The position numbers and the translations under genes were made by a program. From positions 837,664 through 901,663 of the forward strand of contig OZ252017.1 in the NCBI GenBank assembly GCA_965247485.1: DNA of 64,000 bases, read 5' to 3'. Below the pieces are notes generated by a model that saw only the letters and a list, made by a program, of their open reading frames with translations, made no database searches and was not told where the DNA came from. The stretch is from Dehalococcoidia bacterium. GTDB lineage: Bacteria > Chloroflexota > Dehalococcoidia > DSTF01 > WHTK01. Below, piece by piece: positions 57,348 through 64,000 of this stretch (within the stretch, counting starts at the first letter, position 1; the number at the start of each line of letters is the position of its first letter).

Positions 57348-58646
57348 ATGCCCGCAACAGTTGTAATCGGCGGCCAGTGGGGTGATGAGGGCAAGGGCCG
57401 GATCGTCGACCTGTTGGCTCGAGACGCCACCCTTATTGCCCGCTATTCGGCCGGAAACAACGCCGGCCACACAATTATCAATCACCTGGGGCTGTTCGCA
57501 CTGCACCTAGTCCCAGCCGGAATTTTTTACCCGGACAAGACCTGCTTGATCAGCAACGGCGTCGCCATCGACCCAAGCGTATTGCTCGATGAGATCGCCT
57601 CGCTCGAGTCGAAAGGCGTTAGTACAGACAATCTGCTGGTCAGCGACCGCGCCCACGTGATCATGCCGTACCACCCGCTCATCGACCAACTCGATGAGAA
57701 ACTACGCGGCGGGGCGGCCGTCGGCACGACCGGTCGTGGCGTTGGACCAGCCTTTGTCGACAAGGTAGGTCGAATGGGCATTCGCATGGGTGACCTGATC
57801 AATCCCGTGGCATTTCGTGAGCGCCTTAGCTTCATACTTCCGTACAAGAATGCAGCCCTGACCAGGCTCTACGATAGTGAGCCGCTTTCCTTTGATCAGG
57901 TCTACTCGACTTACAGCGAATTTGCCAGCCAACTCGCGCCACGCGTGGCAGACACCTCGAAACTCGCCCGCGAAGCCTTGGCTCGCGGTGAAAGCATTCT
58001 GCTAGAGGGTGCCCAGGGAGCACTCCTGGACCTTGATGCCGGCACCTATGACTACGTCACTTCGTCCGTCCCTTCATCCACCGCGCCCGGAGCTGCTATT
58101 GGAGCCGGGATCGGGCCAGCTGAAATCGTCAAGGTCGTTGGGGTTTTCAAGGCTTATATGACACGAGTCGGAAATGGCCCCATGCCGACTGAGCTAGTTG
58201 ACGACGAGGCCGGCCAGATTCTGCGTCTCCACGGGCCACGACCGGAAATCGGTACCACCACAGGACGCCCTCGCCGCACCGGATGGTTTGACGCCGTCGT
58301 TTCGCGTTACTCCGCGTCGATAAACAGTGTCAGCTCAGTAGCCTTGACTCGCCTTGATGTTCTGGACCCGTTCCGCTCAATTCAGGTATGCGTTGGCTAC
58401 AAAATTGACGGCGAACTGGTCGAAAGTCCTCCCGCAAGCATTTCGGCCTTCGCCAACGCCCAGCCCCAATTCGAGGAATTGCCCGGCTGGCAGGATGACA
58501 GCACCCAGGCGCGACAATTCGAAGATTTGCCAATCAACGCCCAGAACTACGTAAAACGGATTCGGGAACTTATTGGCAAGCCGATTGGGATTGTCTCTGT
58601 CGGCCCGGAACGCGAACAAGTCATCATCATCGACAATCCGATCTAG
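57348..58646 (+). CDS. purA: adenylosuccinate synthetase
   Basis: N-terminal P-loop VVIGGQWGDEGKGRIVDLLA, GTTGRGVGPA, 432 aa. Confidence 0.95.
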   Translation: MPATVVIGGQWGDEGKGRIVDLLARDATLIARYSAGNNAGHTIINHLGLFALHLVPAGIFYPDKTCLISNGVAIDPSVLLDEIASLESKGVSTDNLLVSDRAHVIMPYHPLIDQLDEKLRGGAAVGTTGRGVGPAFVDKVGRMGIRMGDLINPVAFRERLSFILPYKNAALTRLYDSEPLSFDQVYSTYSEFASQLAPRVADTSKLAREALARGESILLEGAQGALLDLDAGTYDYVTSSVPSSTAPGAAIGAGIGPAEIVKVVGVFKAYMTRVGNGPMPTELVDDEAGQILRLHGPRPEIGTTTGRPRRTGWFDAVVSRYSASINSVSSVALTRLDVLDPFRSIQVCVGYKIDGELVESPPASISAFANAQPQFEELPGWQDDSTQARQFEDLPINAQNYVKRIRELIGKPIGIVSVGPEREQVIIIDNPI

Positions 58647-58660
58647 CCACCTGCCCCAAA

Positions 58661-59176
58661 ATGGCCGGACAAGATCTCCCTGATTACCTCAGACCCAACC
58701 TCGATTTAATCATCGTCGGTATCAATCCCGGCTTGCGATCTGGCGCAGCCGGGCACCACTACGCTTTCCCTGGCAACCACTTCTGGAGCCTGCTCTACGA
58801 ATCCGGCCTTATCCCTGAACCTCTGACCTTCCAGGAGGACCATCGCGTGCTCGATTACGGCATCGGTCTCACTAACTTGGTTCACCGCACATCGCGCTCC
58901 GCCGGCGACCTGACTCGTGCGGAGTTGGCTGCCGGCGCAGAAGACCTTGGCTCCCGGCTGCTCTCTCTCCGGCCACGCATCGTTTGCTTCAATGGCATGG
59001 GTATCTTTACGGCATTTTCAGGTCAGAAGAAGGCCACTTTGGGACTCCAGCAAGAACGATTTCACGAAATCAAGCTGTTCGTGACCCCGTCCTCAAGTGG
59101 CCGTACCGCCGCCTACCAGCGCGATGTAAAGCTGCGCTGCTACCAGGAACTCAAGGCGCTGGTTGACCAAACCTAA
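58661..59176 (+). CDS. mug: G/U mismatch-specific uracil-DNA glycosylase (Mug/TDG family)
   Basis: LIIVGINPGLRSGAAGHHYAFPGNHFW and NPSG-type C-terminal motif (TPSSSG). Confidence 0.8.
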   Translation: MAGQDLPDYLRPNLDLIIVGINPGLRSGAAGHHYAFPGNHFWSLLYESGLIPEPLTFQEDHRVLDYGIGLTNLVHRTSRSAGDLTRAELAAGAEDLGSRLLSLRPRIVCFNGMGIFTAFSGQKKATLGLQQERFHEIKLFVTPSSSGRTAAYQRDVKLRCYQELKALVDQT

Positions 59177-59852
59177 ACGTCCAACGCAGGTGTCTCGCGT
59201 TGCTCTATGCGGGCGAAGGTGTGATAGTTTACTGAGATTCTCGGCCAAGCCTGACAGTTGTCCCAATCATCCTGCAGTCCCACACACCAAGTCCGTTGAG
59301 AAGCTGAAATTGACGCTAAAACCGCGAACAAAGCCAGAAGCCTCGGCACCGTCGGCCCCTCGCGCTGACGCCATCCTTTCCGAGCGCCTGGAGGAATTCC
59401 TCGGCCGGTTGCTCGAAGGCACATCGCCCAACGCTGGCATATTTTGCTCCTTCTGCTACAATCCCCTGCCACGTAAGTTCAAAAGCTGCGATCACTGCGG
59501 CCAGGACCTTGAAAAGCGTTCCGCCCTCAAAGCATTGCCGAGCGCGGTCCTGCAAATGTACCGGCGCAAGCTCCGTACCGAGAGCCTGATCGTCAACTCT
59601 TTTGCCTACCTGGGCTTGGCTCTCGGGTTGGCTCTCTACCTCGGCCTGGTGGCAATTAATGTCCTCTACCTGGAAAAGGCACTGTGGTTTTTTGTCATCG
59701 CCACCGTAATTTTCTTATTCAGCAGCCGCATGCTAGCCGGCTTGATCGGCGGATACATTGGTGATGAACTCGGCTACCGCGTGGCCAAGCGGCACCTGGC
59801 GGAAGACTGGGCGGCACATCTCAGCCAGCGCGAATCAGAACGCGACTCCTAG
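59163..59852 (+). CDS. membrane protein with N-terminal zinc-ribbon (CxxC...CxxC)
   Basis: FCSFCYNPLPRKFKSCDHCGQDL followed by 2 TM helices. Confidence 0.4.
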   Translation: MTKPKRPTQVSRVALCGRRCDSLLRFSAKPDSCPNHPAVPHTKSVEKLKLTLKPRTKPEASAPSAPRADAILSERLEEFLGRLLEGTSPNAGIFCSFCYNPLPRKFKSCDHCGQDLEKRSALKALPSAVLQMYRRKLRTESLIVNSFAYLGLALGLALYLGLVAINVLYLEKALWFFVIATVIFLFSSRMLAGLIGGYIGDELGYRVAKRHLAEDWAAHLSQRESERDS

Positions 59853-59875
59853 GATTTTTCGCAGAAGAGACGACG

Positions 59876-60805
59876 TTAGACGCTGACCGGCAAGTCTATC
59901 TTTTGACGCCGAACCTCGGCCATCAGCTTGGCTGATGAATCACCGTCCAGGTCATACAGAGGCAACCGCAACCCGCCAACCTCAAAACCAATCTGGTTTA
60001 GAACGTGCTTCACCGGAATTGGATTCGGGGCGATGGTCATTAGAGCCGTCATCAGCGGCAACAGGCCACGGTGAGCCGCCGCGGCTTCTGAATTCCTGCC
60101 CGCGACAAAGTCCTCAATCATTTTTTTCATTTGGCGACCGATCAAGTGTGAGCAGACGCAAATTACCCCGTAGCCTCCCACCGAGAGCAGGGGCAACGTG
60201 ACCTGGTCATCTCCGCTCCAAACTGGGAAATCAGGCCCGGCCTCAGCCACGATCTTGCTTACCGAATCGAGGTTGCCGCTGGCCTCTTTGACCCCCGTTA
60301 TGTTAGGAATGGCCGCTGTCCGGATAATCGTCTCCGGCAGCATGTTCACACCGGTGCGACTCGGAATGTTGTACAGAACGCCGGGAATCTCTACCGCCGC
60401 CGCGATCGCCTCAAAGTGCCGAAATAGCCCCTCCTGAGTCGGACGGCTGTAGTAAGGCACTGTCAGCAGCAACCCATCCACGCCAACCGCCTCTGCCTCA
60501 CGCGACAACTCAATGCTTTCCTGGGTGTCGTAGGTGCTTGTGCCGGCAAGGACGGCCCCGTCATCACCCGCCGCCTCCTTCACCGCTCTGAAGAGGTCGA
60601 GCTTCTCTTGGCGCTTCAGCGTCGGCGCCTCACCCGTGGTACCAGAAACGATGAACCCTTCGCTGCCCGAATCGAGCAGCGTCCGCGCTAGCTTTTGCGC
60701 CTGAATGTAGTCAACCCTGTCATCGCTCGTAAATGGGGTAACCAGCGCCGTCAGCAGCCGGCCGAACCTTGGCGTTCCGGAGGAACCATTCTCAGAACCA
60801 GACAT
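59876..60805 (-). CDS. dapA: 4-hydroxy-tetrahydrodipicolinate synthase
   Basis: GTTGE motif and catalytic Lys region ...ITGVKEASGN. Confidence 0.9.
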   Translation of the reverse strand: MSGSENGSSGTPRFGRLLTALVTPFTSDDRVDYIQAQKLARTLLDSGSEGFIVSGTTGEAPTLKRQEKLDLFRAVKEAAGDDGAVLAGTSTYDTQESIELSREAEAVGVDGLLLTVPYYSRPTQEGLFRHFEAIAAAVEIPGVLYNIPSRTGVNMLPETIIRTAAIPNITGVKEASGNLDSVSKIVAEAGPDFPVWSGDDQVTLPLLSVGGYGVICVCSHLIGRQMKKMIEDFVAGRNSEAAAAHRGLLPLMTALMTIAPNPIPVKHVLNQIGFEVGGLRLPLYDLDGDSSAKLMAEVRRQKIDLPVSV

Positions 60806-60997
60806 CTACATCCTCCTGAGCTTCATTTTAGTGGCATGTTTCTCGCCGCGAGAGATCCAGCCAGAAGGTCCATGCCCAGTGAACGAGAGGCCAACTTCTT
60901 CCTTTGCGGCGAGTGGCCCAGACGTAACCAGCGGGCTTTGCACCCGGATTCCTGCAAGTATAGGCCCTGTGAGGACCATCTGCTGAAAGAAGGCCGA

Positions 60998-62017
60998 TTA
61001 AACCAGTTTGCGGCTGATTAGCTCTTCGGCAATTTGCAAAGCGTTGAGCGCCGCGCCTTTACGCAGGTTGTCACCGACCGCCCAGAAGGCGATGCCATTG
61101 GGGTGCGAGAGGTCACGCCGAATACGGCCAACAAACACGGGGTCCTGGCCGGCAGCCTCCCAGGGCTGCGGATAAACGCTCGCCTGAGGGTCATCCTGAA
61201 CCACCACTCCCGGCGCCGGGCGCAACATGTCGGCAAATTCCTCCGGCGCCATCGGGTCGGTTAGCTCCACGAAGACGGCGGCGGAGTGGGAGACAAAGAC
61301 GGGCACTCGAACACAGGTCGCGGCTATGGCGATCGAAGGATCGTGCATTATCTTGTGTGTCTCGTGGACCAGCTTCATCTCTTCGCTGGTATAAGCATCT
61401 TCCTTCCAGGAGCCAATCTCGGGGATCAAATTGAAGGCAATCTGGTGGGGGTACACGGATGGAGCGACCGTGCCGTCCTCAAGCACTTGGCGAGACATCG
61501 TCTCCAGCTCTTTGACTGCCGGACCGCCGGTACCCGACACGGCCTGGTAAGTTGAGGCGATAATCCGCTTCACCGGGTTTATCTTGTGCACCGGCCATAG
61601 CGCCATAACCACGGGCGTGGTCGCGCAGTTCGGTGTCGCGATGATGCCTTTGTGCTGCTCGATGTCGTCCCCATTGATCTCGGGCACCACGAGCGGCACT
61701 TCCGGATCCATGCGCCAAGCGCCGGTCTTGTCGATAACGATAGCCCCTGCCTTCACGGCGCTGGGCGTGTACTCACGCGAGATCTCATCCGGTACGGCGT
61801 TGAACACAAGGTCGCAACCGCCAAAGCAATCGTGGCTTAGAGCCTCAACTTCGATATCTTGCTCACCGAAGCGAATCTTCTTGCCGGCTGAGCGCGCCGA
61901 CGCGATCAATCTCAGCGAACCGAGTGGAAATGAGCGCGTGGAGAGGATGCGCAGCAATTCTTCTCCCACGATCCCGGTCGCACCAACAATAGCCACGTTA
62001 TAGGCCTTTGCCATCAC
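60998..62017 (-). CDS. asd: aspartate-semialdehyde dehydrogenase
   Basis: VAIVGATGIVG Rossmann, catalytic ATPNCATT cysteine region. Confidence 0.9.
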   Translation of the reverse strand: MMAKAYNVAIVGATGIVGEELLRILSTRSFPLGSLRLIASARSAGKKIRFGEQDIEVEALSHDCFGGCDLVFNAVPDEISREYTPSAVKAGAIVIDKTGAWRMDPEVPLVVPEINGDDIEQHKGIIATPNCATTPVVMALWPVHKINPVKRIIASTYQAVSGTGGPAVKELETMSRQVLEDGTVAPSVYPHQIAFNLIPEIGSWKEDAYTSEEMKLVHETHKIMHDPSIAIAATCVRVPVFVSHSAAVFVELTDPMAPEEFADMLRPAPGVVVQDDPQASVYPQPWEAAGQDPVFVGRIRRDLSHPNGIAFWAVGDNLRKGAALNALQIAEELISRKLV

Positions 62018-62203
62018 CGCACCCTTTTAGGCTGAACTCCACGGCAAGATTCGTATGATCATAACGGCTGACAATGCAGGCCGGCAAACGCAATCGTCTA
62101 AACACCGCCAGGACGTCCCAAATTTGTTCTGACGCTCGACCTACTACCCGCCTCCTTAGCCGCGATTCTGGTTCAATTCAAGGAGTAGAGCCGGGCTCTA
62201 TCC

Positions 62204-63166
62204 TCAAGACCCACGCAGGCAGCCGACCGTATATGGATATTCCCAGGTCGCATGGTAGTGGTAGATATCAACGTTATCACCGTCCCAGGCAACAACGTGC
62301 GAATGGCCGTGGCACTCACCTAGGTCGCCATTTCTAAGCGCCACACCGTCCACTCCCTGATGACCATAAATACCAAACCCGTCCAGGGCGTATCCCACGA
62401 GTTCAGAATGCCCACCTGTCTCTCGCTCCAGGCAGGGCGTAATTGAGTGGTGATGGTACTCCCCGGTCTGCTCGGGGTGACCGTCGCATTTGTCCAAAAC
62501 CTCATGGGCCACGGCATCCCGTCCCTGAGCGTCGAGAGCATTGAAGATTGAACCACCGGACGTCGTTATGCCGATAGCGCCCATCGGAACACAGCTCGCA
62601 TCGGCGGCGAGCTCCGGATTGGCCGGAAGGGTTAGCAGTACACGGCGAGTGGAGATTGAGTTCGGGTTCCGGTCGTACTGGTACGCCTCGTCATTGCGGC
62701 CAACCGGAAAGATTCCGGTCGAGTAAGCACTTGGTACCCCGTTTCCTTCAATGATTCGTTGGCTTCCTTCGATTCTTACCGAGAATTCGCCTGGCCAGGC
62801 TACTTCGCCATCTACAACGGCCTTGGCAGTGAGGTCCCAGGTTCCGTCGCCACTTATCCAGGGGCCATCCTGAAACGCACCGCCTCCACCGAACCGCGTC
62901 TGGCAGGCGAAGACCGAACCGGCCACTGGCCGGGTTGAGACTTTACCATCGCCTAGCGGCAGCCGCGTAAGGTCGATTGCGTCCTCCTCCACAGCTTGGG
63001 TTGGTTGCTCATCGGCTTGGGTTGCGGCAGGCGCTACTGAACCAGAATCGCCGCCTTCCCCACACCCAGCGGCGGCAACGACAACAAGGAGCAGACTTAG
63101 ACGTAAGCCAATCAAGCGCTGGCACTTAACCAAGACCGCTCCGCCTCCAGAAAATTCGTTACCCAT
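62204..63166 (-). CDS. YHYH-domain secreted lipoprotein
   Basis: Signal/lipobox AAGCGEGG; C-terminal EYHHHS...YHYHATWEYPYTVGC motifs. Confidence 0.65.
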   Translation of the reverse strand: MGNEFSGGGAVLVKCQRLIGLRLSLLLVVVAAAGCGEGGDSGSVAPAATQADEQPTQAVEEDAIDLTRLPLGDGKVSTRPVAGSVFACQTRFGGGGAFQDGPWISGDGTWDLTAKAVVDGEVAWPGEFSVRIEGSQRIIEGNGVPSAYSTGIFPVGRNDEAYQYDRNPNSISTRRVLLTLPANPELAADASCVPMGAIGITTSGGSIFNALDAQGRDAVAHEVLDKCDGHPEQTGEYHHHSITPCLERETGGHSELVGYALDGFGIYGHQGVDGVALRNGDLGECHGHSHVVAWDGDNVDIYHYHATWEYPYTVGCLRGS

Positions 63167-63283
63167 CCAGTTTGGAACCCAAAAGCCTCCAACCGCAAGC
63201 CACCGTAAGACCGCAACCCACGCCTAGCATTAGACCGCCGCACTGACTAAAATCGACGAGACCAACTGACAACGGGGGACTCG

Positions 63284-63586
63284 ATGACAGCAGCTGTAGG
63301 CAAGCGATACGTTGCCGCTTCCGGGGCCGAGGTAATCATTACCAAGGGGAGTTCGGGAAGCCTCAGCGATGGTGAAGATCCGCTCTACCTCAAGGACGAA
63401 GCCAATGCTTCGCCCGAAAACGCCAGCAGTGACCGCAAGGATCCCGTGATTCAGCTCGGCAAGCGCTACCGATCATCGGACGGTGAAGTTGAACTCCTGG
63501 TGATAAAGCCCGGAGTTTGCGACCTTCGCTACGACGGCGAACCTATGGACCAGCTGAAGCCAAAAATTCTGCCATCGGCAGACTGA
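63284..63586 (+). CDS. hypothetical protein (100 aa)
   Basis: ORF only. Confidence 0.3.
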   Translation: MTAAVGKRYVAASGAEVIITKGSSGSLSDGEDPLYLKDEANASPENASSDRKDPVIQLGKRYRSSDGEVELLVIKPGVCDLRYDGEPMDQLKPKILPSAD

Positions 63587-63673
63587 CCCGCCAAATCAGG
63601 TACTCGAAGGATGCATCGGCATACGAATTGATCTGACTCACGCTCGGCTCACCTTGCAGCTCGGCCAGGTGAA

Positions 63674-64000
63674 CTAGGACTGAGCAAGTTCCTTGTGCCG
63701 CGCCAAAACAAAGACATCTACGGATTCCACGTACTCACGCCGGAAGGCCGCGTAATAGGTGCGCAGCATCTGGTTCATTTCTCGCTGCGGAACGATTCGA
63801 CGTTCAAAGTCCGAGTCCGCCGGAAAGTCCGCGATTCCTCCGACCTCAACCCCGTAGAGAACCTGATATGTCGTGGTTCCTGCCGGCTGGGTTTTTGAGT
63901 GAGTAGTGGCGCGGCAGCGGAAGTGCCCCAGGTGGGTGGCCTTTGGCCCCAGGACGCCGGCCTGGGCCAGGGCGATACGCTCAATCGCCGCGTCAGGATC
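63674..64000 (-). CDS. 3' end of a gene continuing beyond the window (108 codons visible), hypothetical
   Basis: Open frame from window edge to TAG at 63676-63674 on minus strand; not in track because no start inside window. Confidence 0.4.
   Translation of the reverse strand, partial: DPDAAIERIALAQAGVLGPKATHLGHFRCRATTHSKTQPAGTTTYQVLYGVEVGGIADFPADSDFERRIVPQREMNQMLRTYYAAFRREYVESVDVFVLARHKELAQS

Overview
GC-rich bacterial chromosomal window. F420-dependent enzymes (PPOX-class and LLM-class) suggest an actinobacterial or Chloroflexi-like host. Coding density is high, with both-strand overlap typical of high-GC DNA. Most short antisense ORFs in the six-frame track are spurious and were ignored. 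Gene content in order: (1) a menaquinone locus menH-like/menB/menC/menE plus an alpha/beta hydrolase; (2) an ABC-2 type exporter (ATPase-permease-ATPase-permease); (3) on the minus strand a MacAB-like efflux operon (HlyD/MFP, ABC ATPase, FtsX/MacB permease, secreted Gly/Ala/Pro-rich protein) whose ATPase gene is split by a clean 320-bp inversion bounded by 6-bp inverted repeats; (4) a cupin, a KamB/NpmA-family 16S rRNA m1A1408 methyltransferase homolog (aminoglycoside-resistance type) and a CitE/HpcH-family lyase; (5) a frameshifted secreted HExxH metallopeptidase, folE, a nitroreductase and an F420 PPOX-class protein; (6) a ~12.4-kb integrative element inserted at the 3' end of a tRNA (probably tRNA-Gly CCC) and bounded by a 25-bp direct repeat. 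It carries a tyrosine integrase, an excisionase-like HTH, a CHC2-Zn-finger/Toprim/AAA primase-helicase, a P4-family primase C-terminal protein, a P27-family terminase small subunit and a second TerS-like ORF, but no structural phage genes, so it resembles a PICI-like phage satellite. Its accessory region holds a degraded IS481-family transposase, a tRNA-Leu-like remnant, a perfect CIRCE element followed by groES and a groEL truncated after 19 codons, and a lower-GC cargo of a pyrF-type OMP decarboxylase, a truncated BtpA-family protein and two small acidic proteins; (7) housekeeping and accessory genes: LOG-family protein, NAD-binding dehydrogenase, an FAD oxidoreductase flanked on both sides by an unusual ~105-bp tandem repeat family, glyoxalase/VOC protein, pterin-4a-carbinolamine dehydratase, a GT4-flippase-GT4 polysaccharide module, tRNA-Pro(CGG), TPR protein, class-I glutamine amidotransferase, gyrA, Trm112-like, folK-folP, two tandem DUF4389 proteins, an HExxH lipoprotein, modABC with a PadR regulator, an LLM-class F420 oxidoreductase, znuBC-like metal ABC genes, an SCO1664-family protein, MarR, purA, mug, dapA, asd and a YHYH-domain protein. 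No CRISPR array and no rRNA were seen.
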